Below are positions 30,958 through 41,509 of a stretch of DNA of 64,000 nt, one piece after another. Numbering within the stretch: the first letter of the stretch is position 1; each line of letters opens with the position of its first letter. The notes beneath the pieces are model-generated. The model did no database searches and had not been told where the DNA came from. It saw only the letters and a list, made by a program, of their open reading frames with translations. The DNA comes from an uncultured Pseudomonadota bacterium (GTDB lineage: Bacteria > Pseudomonadota > Alphaproteobacteria > RF32 > CAG-239): NCBI GenBank assembly GCA_949295935.1, contig CASFMW010000011.1:6822-70821 (forward strand). The letters are read 5' to 3'. Both the position numbers and the translations under genes were made by a program.

Positions 30958-31455
30958 TTAACGTAGCGTAAAACACTCTGAAAAATCATGCTTAAACTTA
31001 TATTCCGTCAGATAAAAATACATTGAAGAGCTACTATTTCTCCAATCAATATAACGCCCTGAAGCCTTATATTTATCTAACAAGAATTCCCAAAATGCAC
31101 TAGGGATAACCCGATTAGAACACATTCTTAAAGTTGTCCAATCAACCGGCATCCAACCTTGCTTGGCTTTTACCAAAATATCAAAAATCAAATCTATCGG
31201 CATATAAGACCACGCTTCTTGCATACCGGATAAATAAAACATACAATACCGAGCAAAAACACGCTTTGTTGTCTTGTATTGCCCTTTGTTCCTAAAAAAC
31301 TTACGGTAATCATAACCAATATCGTTCAAGGCTTTATGCAAAGAAAAAACTTCACTCACCTTGGGTCCGGTTAAAAACCAATTCAAAACCGCCGAAAGTC
31401 TTTTTTCAAAGTCATCACCAGCAAAATCTTTGATAATCTCAATAGTGTCTTTCAT
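30958..31455 (-). CDS. hypothetical protein (165 aa, Trp-rich)
   Basis: Clean ORF with its own terminator. No recognisable domain. Confidence 0.55.
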   Translation of the reverse strand: MKDTIEIIKDFAGDDFEKRLSAVLNWFLTGPKVSEVFSLHKALNDIGYDYRKFFRNKGQYKTTKRVFARYCMFYLSGMQEAWSYMPIDLIFDILVKAKQGWMPVDWTTLRMCSNRVIPSAFWEFLLDKYKASGRYIDWRNSSSSMYFYLTEYKFKHDFSECFTLR

Positions 31456-31532
31456 AATGATAAGTGTTAATTATATAAAACAAATAATATTAAAGTACAA
31501 ACACAGTATAACGATTTTTTATAAAACACAAC

Positions 31533-31579
31533 AAAAAAAACACGGCCAAAGCCTTCTCTGCTCCGAACCGTGTTTTTTT
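31533..31579 (-). terminator. probable fabF terminator
   Basis: aaaaacacgg/ccgtgttttt stem with a large loop and flanking A/T runs. Confidence 0.55.
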
Positions 31580-31596
31580 ACTAAACAAGAACCAAA

Positions 31597-32871
31597 CTAA
31601 TCTTCATAAACTTTCAAAATTAAAGAAGAGTTTGTGCCACCAAAGCCAAATGAGTTTGACATAGCAGCCTTAATGGCTTTTTTCTTAGCTTTAAGCGGAA
31701 CCAAATCCATATCTTTAACTTCCTCTGCCGGATTCTCAAGATTGAGCGTCGGCGGGCAAATTTGGTCTTGCAAAGCTTTGATTGTGAAAACGGCCTCAAC
31801 CGCACCTGCCGCACCAAGCAAATGCCCGATAGCAGACTTAGTCGAAGACATAGAAACATACTTCATATCATCGCCAAACAAGCGCTTAACAGCCAACGCC
31901 TCTCCAACATCGCCTGCCGGAGTAGACGTACCATGAGCGTTGATATAATTAATATCTTTAAGCTCAACACCATGTTCTTTAGCATGGTCAGCGGCCATTT
32001 TCATAGCGCGATAAGCACCATCACCTGAAGGAGCTGTAATGTGGTAAGCATCACCACTCATACCATAACCGACAACCTCGGCATAAATCTTAGCACCGCG
32101 AGCTTTGGCATGTTCTAATTCTTCCAATACAACCGCACCGGAACCTTCACCCATAACAAAACCGCTACGGTCCTGATCCCACGGACGAGAAGCCTTTTCC
32201 GGAGCGTCGTTAAAAGCAGAAGTAACCGCTTTCATACGAGCAAAACCAGACAAGCCCAAAACGTTAACAGCCGATTCGGCGCCACCAGCCAACATCATAT
32301 CAGCATCACCGCGGGCAATAATATTTGCAGCATCACCAATCGCGTGCGTACCGGTTGAACAAGCTGTAACACAAGCATGATTCGGACCTTTAAGCTGATA
32401 TTTGATAGAAAGATTTCCCGAGACCAAATTAATCAAACAAGAAGGAATAAAGAACGGAGAAATTCTTTTCATACCATTTTCATGGAAAGAAACCGAGTTT
32501 TCATAAATCACGTCAAGACCGCCAATACCTGAACCCATCATAACGCCAAAACGATATTTCTCTTCTTCAGAAGCCGTTTCGGGATTCCAACCGGCATCTT
32601 CAATAGCATCACCGCCGGCAGCCATTCCATAAAGAATAAAGCGGTCATTTTTCTTCTGATCTTTAGGAGCCATAACCGTATCGGGATCAAACTCATGCTC
32701 ACCTTTTCCGGTAGGAACTTGCCCCGCAATCTGAACTGGAATATCCTTCAAATCAATATTTTCGATTTTGCGAATACCTGACTTTCCTTCCAGAATAGAT
32801 TTCCAGTTATAATCAACGCCTCTACCAAAGGGAGAAACAATACCCAAACCGGTAACAACAACTCTTCTCAT
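31597..32871 (-). CDS. fabF: 3-oxoacyl-ACP synthase II
   Basis: 424 aa. Active-site ACSTG Cys, HGTSTPAGD and NSFGFGG motifs. Confidence 0.95.
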   Translation of the reverse strand: MRRVVVTGLGIVSPFGRGVDYNWKSILEGKSGIRKIENIDLKDIPVQIAGQVPTGKGEHEFDPDTVMAPKDQKKNDRFILYGMAAGGDAIEDAGWNPETASEEEKYRFGVMMGSGIGGLDVIYENSVSFHENGMKRISPFFIPSCLINLVSGNLSIKYQLKGPNHACVTACSTGTHAIGDAANIIARGDADMMLAGGAESAVNVLGLSGFARMKAVTSAFNDAPEKASRPWDQDRSGFVMGEGSGAVVLEELEHAKARGAKIYAEVVGYGMSGDAYHITAPSGDGAYRAMKMAADHAKEHGVELKDINYINAHGTSTPAGDVGEALAVKRLFGDDMKYVSMSSTKSAIGHLLGAAGAVEAVFTIKALQDQICPPTLNLENPAEEVKDMDLVPLKAKKKAIKAAMSNSFGFGGTNSSLILKVYED

Positions 32872-32897
32872 ACAATACCCTCAAATATAAATTAAAG

Positions 32898-32932
32898 ATA
32901 AAACTCGCCTAAAGAGCTAGAGCGAGTTTTAT
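32898..32932 (-). terminator. probable acpP terminator
   Basis: 11-bp stem ataaaactcgc/gcgagttttat. Confidence 0.55.
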
Positions 32933-32957
32933 CCAACCTAAATCCATGATTAAAGAC

Positions 32958-33191
32958 TTACGCATTCTTAGAAAGATAATCGATAGCATCTTTAACAGTG
33001 AGAATTTTTTCAGCAGCTTCATCAGGAATTTCGCAACCGAATTCTTCTTCAAAAGCCATAACCAATTCTACTGTATCCAAACTGTCAGCGCCCAAATCGT
33101 CAATGAAGCTAGCGGTTTCAGTAACTTTAGATTCTTCAACGCCAAGATGTTCAGCAACAATTTTCTTAACGCGATTAGCTATATCAGTCAT
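32958..33191 (-). CDS. acpP: acyl carrier protein
   Basis: 77 aa starting at [10 protein letters not shown], with the phosphopantetheine site [13 protein letters not shown]. The longer ORF in the track is an upstream extension. Confidence 0.95.
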   Translation of the reverse strand: MTDIANRVKKIVAEHLGVEESKVTETASFIDDLGADSLDTVELVMAFEEEFGCEIPDEAAEKILTVKDAIDYLSKNA

Positions 33192-33503
33192 TATGATTAA
33201 CCTCAAAAAAATTAAAACAAATTGATCAGACCACAACGGCCTGTGAGACCTTGTTAGCACAAAAATATATAATTTGACAAGCATTATTTTAAAAAACCGC
33301 ACTTAATAAAGGGCATAAAAAACAAAAAAACAAGAAAAAACATAAAATTAGCTTATTTAAAAACAAGTGGATAAAACAGTAAAAAAATACATTATTTTCA
33401 ACATTTAGCTTATGGAAAAGCCCCAAATGGGAGTTGCAAAGGAAAAAAATTTATTATAATTTATAAAGCAGAATTCAGAAAAGAAACATATCGGAGACAA
33501 ATA

Positions 33504-33743
33504 ATGAAAAAAGTATTCTACATAGCACTGGTTTTGGTTGCTTTGATGGTCATCGGACGCCTGTTAAACCGCAAACCCATAGAAAACGCAACGGTGGAAT
33601 ATCAAGCAACTATAGAGAAACAACCGATAGTTAAAGAAGATGCTAATGGCAACATGACCGTTGACGGAGAAATCGTAGAAGATATCGAAGAAACAAATCC
33701 TTCCGAAACCAGCGATGAAGAAGAAACGATCATCAGCAAGTAA
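33504..33743 (+). CDS. small secreted or membrane-anchored acidic protein (79 aa)
   Basis: GGAGA Shine-Dalgarno 7 nt upstream, an N-terminal hydrophobic helix, and a strong terminator directly after. Confidence 0.55.
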   Translation: MKKVFYIALVLVALMVIGRLLNRKPIENATVEYQATIEKQPIVKEDANGNMTVDGEIVEDIEETNPSETSDEEETIISK

Positions 33744-33772
33744 CAATCAGCAAAAATTTGTTACAAACTTTT

Positions 33773-33795
33773 GGCTGGGCAAACCAGCCTTTTTT
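33773..33795 (+). terminator. rho-independent terminator
   Basis: ggctgg-gcaaa-ccagcc followed by TTTTTT. Confidence 0.85.
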
Positions 33796-33857
33796 ATTGC
33801 CAATAAAAAAATAAACACTATATATAGAACAGAACAATATTTTAAGGAGATAATGAA

Positions 33858-34805
33858 ATGAAAGTAGGAATAATCGGAGCCGGCTCAGTCGGCGCTGCAA
33901 CAGCTTTCGCCTTAGTCATGAAAGGCGTTGCCCGCAAAGTTGTTTTAATTGACGCAAACCAAAAAAAGGCTGAAGCCGAGGCCGCAGATATTGCACATGC
34001 CGCACCTTTTGCTTATGCAAACAAAATCAAAGCCGGAACTTATGATGACTTGAAAGGCTGCGAGATTGTTATCGTCACCGCCGGTGCAAATCAAAAACCC
34101 GGAGAAACCAGAATAGATTTGCTCGGCCGCAATGTTAAAATTTTTGAAAGTATCATTCCGCAAATAGCCAAAGCTGAACCCAATACAACCTTAATCATTA
34201 CCGCCAATCCGGCTGATATCATGACCGAAGTTGCAATTAAGCTCTCCGGTTTTCCAAAAGAAAGAGTCATCGGCTCAGGCACGGTTTTAGACACTTCCCG
34301 CTTTAGAACTTTGCTGGGCTACCATTTAGGCGTATCTCCGCAATCTGTCCACGCAAATGTTATTGGCGAACATGGCGACAGTGAAGTTTTAGTATGGTCA
34401 GCAGGCGATGCCGGTACCGTTTCCCTTGATAAATTGGCAGAAGAAGTCGGAAAACCGTTTAATGCCGAAACCAAAGCCAAGATTGACGACGGTGTTCGTA
34501 ATGCGGCTTACAAAATTATCGACGGCAAAGGAGCAACCTATTTTGGCATTGCCGGCGCATTAACCCGCATTTGCGCAGCCATCACCAATAACGAATACGC
34601 CATTTTGACCGTTTCTTCTCATCAAGAAGATGTTGAGGGTGTTAAAGGCGTATGTGTTTCTTTGCCAACAGTTTTGGGCAAAAGAGGCGTTCACAAGGTT
34701 ATCTATCCGGTTTTGAATACTGAAGAAAAAGCTGCTTTGAAAAAGAGCGCAGAAGCTATGAAAGAATATTCCGACCAAGCTCTGGCCATGATTTCAGCAC
34801 AATAA
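33858..34805 (+). CDS. ldh: L-lactate dehydrogenase
   Basis: GAGSVG Rossmann motif. AGANQKPGETR has the LDH-type Gln at the specificity position where MDH has Arg. IGEHGDS catalytic His. Confidence 0.85.
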   Translation: MKVGIIGAGSVGAATAFALVMKGVARKVVLIDANQKKAEAEAADIAHAAPFAYANKIKAGTYDDLKGCEIVIVTAGANQKPGETRIDLLGRNVKIFESIIPQIAKAEPNTTLIITANPADIMTEVAIKLSGFPKERVIGSGTVLDTSRFRTLLGYHLGVSPQSVHANVIGEHGDSEVLVWSAGDAGTVSLDKLAEEVGKPFNAETKAKIDDGVRNAAYKIIDGKGATYFGIAGALTRICAAITNNEYAILTVSSHQEDVEGVKGVCVSLPTVLGKRGVHKVIYPVLNTEEKAALKKSAEAMKEYSDQALAMISAQ

Positions 34806-34820
34806 AAAAACTCCTTATCT

Positions 34821-34853
34821 AAAAAAAACTCTGCCATCGGGCAGAGTTTTTTT
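34821..34853. terminator. bidirectional terminator 1 of 2
   Basis: A-run, actctgcc-atcg-ggcagagt, T-run. Confidence 0.8.
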
Positions 34854-34861
34854 GTATGCAC

Positions 34862-34895
34862 AAAAAAAAGACCTTCCCGAAGGAAGGTCTTTTTT
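34862..34895. terminator. bidirectional terminator 2 of 2
   Basis: A-run, agaccttcc-cgaa-ggaaggtct, T-run. Confidence 0.8.
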
Positions 34896-34914
34896 AAGGT
34901 CAAGAATGTTCAAA

Positions 34915-35667
34915 TTAGAACAAAACTTTAGCTCTAAGACCAATGGTGTAGTCATCAGTACCTTCACCACCGATACCATAGTCACCATAAGCACCAACAG
35001 CGAGCTTATCCATCGGATAGTAATCAGCACCGGCTTCAGCATAAACACCATTAGCATTCTTACCATCGGTTTCAAAGTCATAACGGATACCACCATCAGC
35101 AGCCCATTTTCCGGCATATTTATGAACACCGAGGAAGGCACTCTGATTGAACTCACGATCAGCACTATCAATCTGACCAGAGAATTTATAAGAAGCATAA
35201 GGCACCAAACCATCGCACATATCAGCGCCGAGTTTAACTTCGCCGTTAATATATTTCTGCCAACGATCATTTTGTCCTCTAACTTCTGGTTCATAATCAT
35301 TACCAAACCAAGATTTAGGATCATAGGTATAATAAGAAGCAGCAACCTGAGCTTTAATACGGCCATGTTCCATATTGTATTTAGCACCGATTTCATAATC
35401 AAAGTTATGGCTGTTATTGAATTCACCATTACGGTCAAAATAGTTGTTAATAGTACCAACAATAGCCAAGTTATCGGTCAAACCATAAGCCAATTCTTCA
35501 GAAGCTGAGAAATTATACTCACCATCATTACGGAAATACTGAGCTTTAGTATCAGATGTCATCTGACCTTTACCCGGCAAATAGAACGGGTTGGTTAAGT
35601 CCGCAGCAACAGCAGAACCGGCAAACAAAACGGCAGCTGAGGCCAATAAAACAGATTTTAACTTCAT
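34915..35667 (-). CDS. beta-barrel outer-membrane protein (porin-like)
   Basis: Signal peptide ending AVAADL, Gly/Tyr/Asp-rich alternating strands, terminal aromatic (..RAKVLF). Confidence 0.75.
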   Translation of the reverse strand: MKLKSVLLASAAVLFAGSAVAADLTNPFYLPGKGQMTSDTKAQYFRNDGEYNFSASEELAYGLTDNLAIVGTINNYFDRNGEFNNSHNFDYEIGAKYNMEHGRIKAQVAASYYTYDPKSWFGNDYEPEVRGQNDRWQKYINGEVKLGADMCDGLVPYASYKFSGQIDSADREFNQSAFLGVHKYAGKWAADGGIRYDFETDGKNANGVYAEAGADYYPMDKLAVGAYGDYGIGGEGTDDYTIGLRAKVLF

Positions 35668-35875
35668 TTAGAGATCTCCCTATATGTTTTTTATCTAATA
35701 AATTCGCCATAACCGCAAGTATAGGTATCGCGAATACGGATATCATATACACAAAAAGTTAATAAATCAATAAATTAAATTCATCACTCACAATCACAAA
35801 ATAAAACGAAATATGACACTTGCGAAATTTTGAAATATTTTATAGAATAAACAAGATGTAAGCAAAAGGAGAAAC

Positions 35876-36925
35876 ATGGTACAAGTAATAACTTTCGGCT
35901 GTCGATTAAATGCCTATGAGGCAGAAATTTTCAAAGAAAAATTAAAAAATGCCGACAACGATATAATCATAATCAATAGCTGCGCCGTCACCAAAGAGGC
36001 CGAACGCCAGTGCCGACAAACGATTCGCAAATTGCGCAAAGAAAACCCTGCCGCCAAAATCATTGTCACCGGCTGTGCGGCTCAAATTGCGGCAGCCAAA
36101 TTTGCAGCCATGGAAGAAGTCGATTTAGTACTGGGAAATAAGGAAAAAACCGAGATTGAAAAATACATAACCCCACCCTATCCGACAGATAAAATCATCG
36201 TAAGAGATATATTTGAATACGAAAATTACGACCGCTATTTAATCACCGGTTTTGAAGGTCGCCAAAGAGCGTTTGTACAGATTCAACAAGGCTGCGACCA
36301 CCGCTGCACCTATTGCATCATTCCTTACGCCCGCGGAGCCAACCGCTCGGTAAACGCAGAGGTTATAAAAACACAAATCCAAACACTGCTTGATGAAGGC
36401 TTTGAAGAAATTTGCTTAACCGGTGTTGACGCTTGTTCTTACAAGCCCTCATTCAGCGGCTTGGTTGAAGACATTTTACAAAGCTTTCCAAACCTGCCGT
36501 CCCTGCAGTTTGGCTCGCTCGACCCCGCCGCGGTTGATGAAAAGTTTATTGAATTGGTTGGCAAATATAAAAATATTTATCCTTATTTTCATTTATCGAT
36601 TCAATCCGGGGATAACTTAGTATTAAAACGCATGGGAAGACGCCATAGTCGCGAAGATATAATTAATCTTTGCCGCAAAATCAGAGCGATTCGTCCGGAA
36701 GCTCGTTTCGGAGCTGATTTTATCTGTGGCTTTCCGACCGAAACGGATGAGGCTTTTCAAAATACGGTTAAGTTAGTATCAGAAGCCGGCATAGACAAGC
36801 TCCACGTTTTTCCATACTCGGAACGCCCCGGAACACCGGCCGCCAAAATGCCGCAAGTACCGATGGCGATTCGTAGAGAACGCGCAAAGATTTTAAGAGA
36901 AGTAGGAGAAGCAAGAAATGGCTAA
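35876..36925 (+). CDS. mtaB: radical-SAM methylthiotransferase, MtaB/MiaB-like (no TRAM domain)
   Basis: N-terminal UPF0004 Cys triad (FGCRLN...SCAV...GC) and radical-SAM CDHRCTYC. It ends after 349 aa, so the usual C-terminal TRAM domain is absent. Confidence 0.75.
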   Translation: MVQVITFGCRLNAYEAEIFKEKLKNADNDIIIINSCAVTKEAERQCRQTIRKLRKENPAAKIIVTGCAAQIAAAKFAAMEEVDLVLGNKEKTEIEKYITPPYPTDKIIVRDIFEYENYDRYLITGFEGRQRAFVQIQQGCDHRCTYCIIPYARGANRSVNAEVIKTQIQTLLDEGFEEICLTGVDACSYKPSFSGLVEDILQSFPNLPSLQFGSLDPAAVDEKFIELVGKYKNIYPYFHLSIQSGDNLVLKRMGRRHSREDIINLCRKIRAIRPEARFGADFICGFPTETDEAFQNTVKLVSEAGIDKLHVFPYSERPGTPAAKMPQVPMAIRRERAKILREVGEARNG

Positions 36926-37838
36926 CTTTTTTCAAAAACTCGGATTCGGCTTAAAAAAAAGCTCCAACAAATTAACCGAAGGGATAAGCGGCATTTTCAC
37001 CAAGAAAAAAGTCGATTCGCAAACTCTGGAAGATTTGAGTGACTTACTGATAAGCAGCGATATGGGCGTTAAAGCCACAACCAAGATTATCGATTCGTTT
37101 TCCAAACGCCGCTTGGATAAAGAACTCTCAACGGAAGACATCAAAAAAGAACTCGCCGTTGAAATCGAAAAAATCATCGCCCCTTGTGAAAAAAAGTTTG
37201 AATTAAACCAAGAGTCAACCCCGCAAATTATCTTAATGGTCGGCGTAAACGGTGCAGGAAAAACCACCACGATTGGCAAACTTGCCGCTAAATTAACCAA
37301 ACAAGGCAAACAAATCTCATTCATCGCCGGAGATACGTTTCGTGCCGCCGCGGTCGAACAACTAAGCGTCTGGGGCGAAAAAAACAAGATTCGCGTTTTT
37401 AAAGGAGCGAACGGTTGCGATTCGGCCGGCCTGTGCTATGACGGTATTAACGAGGCGATTCGCCAAAAGGATGACGTGGTGTTTATAGACACCGCCGGCC
37501 GTTTGCAAAACAAAACCGGCTTGATGGATGAACTAAAAAAAATCATCCGCGTTATTCAAAAAATTATCCCCGAAGCACCGCATCAAACCCTTTTAACTAT
37601 TGACGCCACCACCGGTCAAAACGCTTTGGAACAAGTCCAAACCTTCAAACAAATATGCAAGATTGACGGCCTTGTCATAACCAAACTCGACGGCTCGGCA
37701 AAAGGCGGCATTTTGGTCGCCATTGCTGAAGAAGCACCGCTTCCGGTTTATTTCATAGGCATCGGTGAAGGAATTGATGACTTAGATGAGTTCAAAGCCT
37801 CTGACTATGCCTTAAACCTTCTCGGATTAGAAAACTAA
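36918..37838 (+). CDS. ftsY: signal recognition particle receptor FtsY
   Basis: NG domain with GVNGAGKTTT, DTAGR, TKLD. 8-nt overlap with the upstream gene. Confidence 0.93.
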   Translation: MANFFQKLGFGLKKSSNKLTEGISGIFTKKKVDSQTLEDLSDLLISSDMGVKATTKIIDSFSKRRLDKELSTEDIKKELAVEIEKIIAPCEKKFELNQESTPQIILMVGVNGAGKTTTIGKLAAKLTKQGKQISFIAGDTFRAAAVEQLSVWGEKNKIRVFKGANGCDSAGLCYDGINEAIRQKDDVVFIDTAGRLQNKTGLMDELKKIIRVIQKIIPEAPHQTLLTIDATTGQNALEQVQTFKQICKIDGLVITKLDGSAKGGILVAIAEEAPLPVYFIGIGEGIDDLDEFKASDYALNLLGLEN

Positions 37839-37841
37839 CAC

Positions 37842-37875
37842 AAAAAAAGGAGCGCCGAAGCGCTCCTAAATTTTT
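37842..37875. terminator. bidirectional rho-independent terminator
   Basis: A-run, aggagcgc-cgaa-gcgctcct, T-rich tail. Confidence 0.8.
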
Positions 37876-37886
37876 AACCAAAGGGA

Positions 37887-39047
37887 TTAGAGTTTTGCCA
37901 AAATCTCCTCCTTTGAATAAGGATTTTCAGCTGCAACTATTATAGTTGGCTTGGTTCTGAAGATATCTATTGCGATATCTTTAACATCGCGAGCCGACAC
38001 CAAGAATGTTGCATTGATTCTCTCATCAATATCATACATTCCCTTACGACCTAATTCCTGCCATGATGCTTCGACTGCAGCATCCTGAGGTTGAGAAAAC
38101 TTTGCTAACTTCTCAGTTGCCGCACGTTGACGAGATGTCTCAATACGACGATCCGATGCCAAAGTTGTACGTAGTCTCTTGATATTGGCACAAAGGATAT
38201 CAATATAAGGATTAATATCCTCATCAGCCCCCACCACAATTGACACACGCAAAGTTCGCATACCGTAGTAACCTGCAATCTTCACTTCACGTACAGCTTT
38301 TGTTCCTGCCAAACCGCGTTCCAAACGACCGGAAAGCATCGACATCAAAACATTGGCCTCTGCCACATTGGAAAGATCAGAAACATCCCAGCCGATAGCA
38401 ATGGTTTTATAACCACCAATAACAGGAAGGACCGCATAACCACCGGTATATTCAAGCTTTTCAAACTGCTGTTTTTTACCGGTCGGCAGATTACCAAAAT
38501 ACTTATCCATCAGCTCATGGAGTGTCTTGATTGGCAAATCACAAGCCACACCAATAACCATGTTTGATGCTGTATAATAAGTATCGACCACAGACTCCAA
38601 ATCCTCAGTCTTCAAAGATTTAACCGAAGCAATATAGGCATCTGCATTCCATACCAAATCAGTAGAACCAAACGCCGTATGCTTATAACGAAGCTTCCAC
38701 TGGCGTTCAGGCAACGGAGCCAAATCGTGAGTATGCTGAGCCACATCTTCAGCAGCAGCATCAATCAATTCCTGAGACAAATCAGGATTTTTCAAAACAT
38801 CGGAAATTTTTTTCAACAAACCTTCGAATTCTTTAGGATAAGCACCTGTAGAAAAAGAAGTGATTGTTCCTCCCTGAATTGCCACAGCATCATTAAGCTG
38901 CTTTGCTAACACCTTTTCGCAAACCGCTGCAAGGCCAAGTCTTGGTTCATTTAGATGACCTATGCCGACTGTTACTGACAAAGAATAAACAGAAGCATTA
39001 CTGGTTTTAACAACTCTCAATCCGTTTGGTAAAAGTATTTTTTTCAT
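37887..39047 (-). CDS. M16 peptidase-like protein, probably non-catalytic
   Basis: M16 N-terminal pattern (LPNGLRVV...). The HxxEH zinc site reads AVCEK. Confidence 0.65.
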   Translation of the reverse strand: MKKILLPNGLRVVKTSNASVYSLSVTVGIGHLNEPRLGLAAVCEKVLAKQLNDAVAIQGGTITSFSTGAYPKEFEGLLKKISDVLKNPDLSQELIDAAAEDVAQHTHDLAPLPERQWKLRYKHTAFGSTDLVWNADAYIASVKSLKTEDLESVVDTYYTASNMVIGVACDLPIKTLHELMDKYFGNLPTGKKQQFEKLEYTGGYAVLPVIGGYKTIAIGWDVSDLSNVAEANVLMSMLSGRLERGLAGTKAVREVKIAGYYGMRTLRVSIVVGADEDINPYIDILCANIKRLRTTLASDRRIETSRQRAATEKLAKFSQPQDAAVEASWQELGRKGMYDIDERINATFLVSARDVKDIAIDIFRTKPTIIVAAENPYSKEEILAKL

Positions 39048-39270
39048 AATTATAAAAATTATTAATTAAACAATAAAGAATAATAAATCACGTAGCCAAA
39101 TATATACTACCGTCCAAAAATTTTGTCAATAACTTTTATAAAAAAATTTAAAAATATTTTATATCACGCATAAAATATAAAAAAAGCAAGCAATAACAAA
39201 AACATTATTGACAGAAAGAAAAAGAACAAATAGCCTTTACTACGAAATATAAAAACACAAGACAAAAGAA

Positions 39271-39606
39271 ATGATAAAAATTTTTGCATCAATTTTCTGC
39301 CTTTTATGCTTATGGGGCTGCCAACAACCTCAGCTTAAAGAAGTAAGTGGGATCTTACGAATCGGACATGAAGTCCGCTCTTTTACCGACATTCAAGACC
39401 AAAGAGAATACTGGATTATCGATAAATCAGGAACCCTGATAAAAGAATATCAAAAAACTATTGGAACAAATATTGTCAACAACCAACCGGTAAGCGCAGT
39501 CTTAAAAGTTAAAAACATTGGAAAAATTGATGAAGGTTTTGGCGCAGAATACGACGGCGCCTATGAAGTCAAAAAAATAATTTCTCTGCAAAAAACTGAG
39601 CAATAA
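39271..39606 (+). CDS. putative lipoprotein (111 aa)
   Basis: Signal peptide with a lipobox-like LWGC. Confidence 0.55.
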   Translation: MIKIFASIFCLLCLWGCQQPQLKEVSGILRIGHEVRSFTDIQDQREYWIIDKSGTLIKEYQKTIGTNIVNNQPVSAVLKVKNIGKIDEGFGAEYDGAYEVKKIISLQKTEQ

Positions 39607-39720
39607 TTACAAAAATAAGAAGTCTTGACATTTGAAAAATTATTATAGATAATCCCCTTAAAAGTGAATTTATGCCAACTTGTCCCACTTTAACCAAACG
39701 GACTAAACAGGAGAAATATA

Positions 39721-40203
39721 ATGACAGCCAGATTTTATATTCAGGCCCCTACGCCTGATAAGCAAGTGTTGCAAGCATTGTTTGATAACTTAGACTTATT
39801 GCAACAGCATCAAGATTTAGTTTTATCTAATTCTAAATATTACAATATTCATATCCAAGGTAGCGGTGTTTTTGCCTCATTTATTCAAGGATTTTCTTTG
39901 TGCTTGGGAGAACTGTTGCTTTTGTGGCAGCACACACCTTGGAAACAGGACAATAGCTACTTTTATTGCATTACCGGTAGCATTCTTTCAGGAATCAATA
40001 CATCAAGATATTGGAGCAAAGAACAAGGTCTAGCTAACAAATATACGCCAACCTTCGGCAAACAAATCAGCTCGGCAGTATTCGTCCGCCGAACCGGTAG
40101 CCCGATTTATGATGAACATAAACCGACACCGGTTTCCGTTCCCAAGCTTCAAGCCTCAGATATGACTATCTTTGAACTGATTGAAGAATTAAAACAAATC
40201 TAA
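39721..40203 (+). CDS. hypothetical protein (160 aa)
   Basis: ORF preceded by GGAGA. No recognisable domain. Confidence 0.5.
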   Translation: MTARFYIQAPTPDKQVLQALFDNLDLLQQHQDLVLSNSKYYNIHIQGSGVFASFIQGFSLCLGELLLLWQHTPWKQDNSYFYCITGSILSGINTSRYWSKEQGLANKYTPTFGKQISSAVFVRRTGSPIYDEHKPTPVSVPKLQASDMTIFELIEELKQI

Positions 40204-40483
40204 CAAGAAAGCATAGATTCACTTTTTAGCTATATCCTACAAACATGAGTTATAAAAAATACCCTTTATTAATAATGTAATAGCAAATCAACTAACCACA
40301 ACACAACAATATATTAAATATAACACCAAGCTCATAAAAAAATAATTGAAAAGCTATACAATAAAAAAATAAAATACTTTATTAATATCAAAAATAACTT
40401 TTATTTGATTTGAAAAAGAAATAATTTGCATATGTCAGAAATTGTCATACAATTACTTTACCTTAATAGTAGGAGAAGTAATC

Positions 40484-41431
40484 ATGGCATACGAAAAGAC
40501 ATACGATTTACTTGATTTAGCCGTCTGGATGCAGTCAAACCGTGAAGGTGTCAGCTTAAAAGATATTGCTGAGAAATATCAAGTTTCGCGCCGCACGGCG
40601 GAGCGTATGCGTGATATGATTATAACTCGATTTCCGCAAACAGAAGAAATTATTTGCGAAAACAATCAAAAACGCTGGTACATTCCGCAAGGAACATTAA
40701 AGGATTTGATAAACTTTTCCGCCGAAGAATTATCGGTGTTAGAAACAGCTAAAGAGTTGTTTGAAAATAAGCAAATGATCGAAAAACAGTTTGTTCTTGA
40801 TAAAGTTATAGCAAAAATTAAAGCTTGTATAAAACCGGATGTAATCAGACGGATTGAGCCCGATACCGAAGCCTTGCTTGAAGCAGAAGGTTTTATTTGC
40901 CGCCCTGGACCAAAGCTTGTTATAGATGAAAAGATTATCGCTACGATTCGCCAAGCCATTTTGGAATGTCGGCAGATTAAAATTAAATATTATAATAAGA
41001 ATAGCGGAAAAATTAGTACCAATACACTTAACCCTTATGGTTTTCTTTATGGTGAGCGCAATCACTACTTAGTTGCACATCATGCCGATGGTTATTTTGG
41101 TAATGAAGTTCATAACTTTATTTTGAGCAATATTCGAGAAGTGGCAATATTAGATAGTGTAATCGTAAATTTACCAAATTTTAGCTTGCAAAAATATGCT
41201 GAAGAGTCTTTTGGTGCTTATCACGAAGAGCCTTTCGAAGTTGAATGGTTGTTTGATAAAGAAGTATCAGAAGAAGCCTCTCACTATATTTTTCATCCCA
41301 CACAAGCCATGATAAAAAATCCGGACGGAACATTAACCGTTAAATTCAGAGCCGGTGGCAAATTAGAAATGGATTGGCATCTCTACACATGGGGCAATCA
41401 TGTAAAAGTCATCAAACCGGAGAATTGGTAA
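40484..41431 (+). CDS. WYL-domain transcriptional regulator (BrxR/CapW/PafBC-like: wHTH + WYL + WCX)
   Basis: N-terminal HTH (SLKDIAEKYQVSRRTAERMRDMI). WYL-type core (IKIKYYNKNS...LNPYGFLY..HYLVAHH...FILSNIREV). C-terminal WCX-like segment (FHPTQ...GNHVKVIKPENW). ATG 40484 has AGGAGA 8 nt upstream. Confidence 0.8.
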   Translation: MAYEKTYDLLDLAVWMQSNREGVSLKDIAEKYQVSRRTAERMRDMIITRFPQTEEIICENNQKRWYIPQGTLKDLINFSAEELSVLETAKELFENKQMIEKQFVLDKVIAKIKACIKPDVIRRIEPDTEALLEAEGFICRPGPKLVIDEKIIATIRQAILECRQIKIKYYNKNSGKISTNTLNPYGFLYGERNHYLVAHHADGYFGNEVHNFILSNIREVAILDSVIVNLPNFSLQKYAEESFGAYHEEPFEVEWLFDKEVSEEASHYIFHPTQAMIKNPDGTLTVKFRAGGKLEMDWHLYTWGNHVKVIKPENW

Positions 41432-41509
41432 AAATAAATATCATTAAGCAAGTGTTTAGTATTTGACTCATTTTGTTTTTTGTATTATTAATTCTGTTCA
41501 TGGAAGAAT

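Noticed and set aside
34815-35508. Two long ORFs (215 and 218 aa) overlapping the OMP gene 34915-35667
   Set aside because: They are alternative-frame or antisense read-throughs of a repetitive beta-barrel gene. Their translations are low-complexity (Ile/Ser/Thr/Met-rich) and they lack start contexts.
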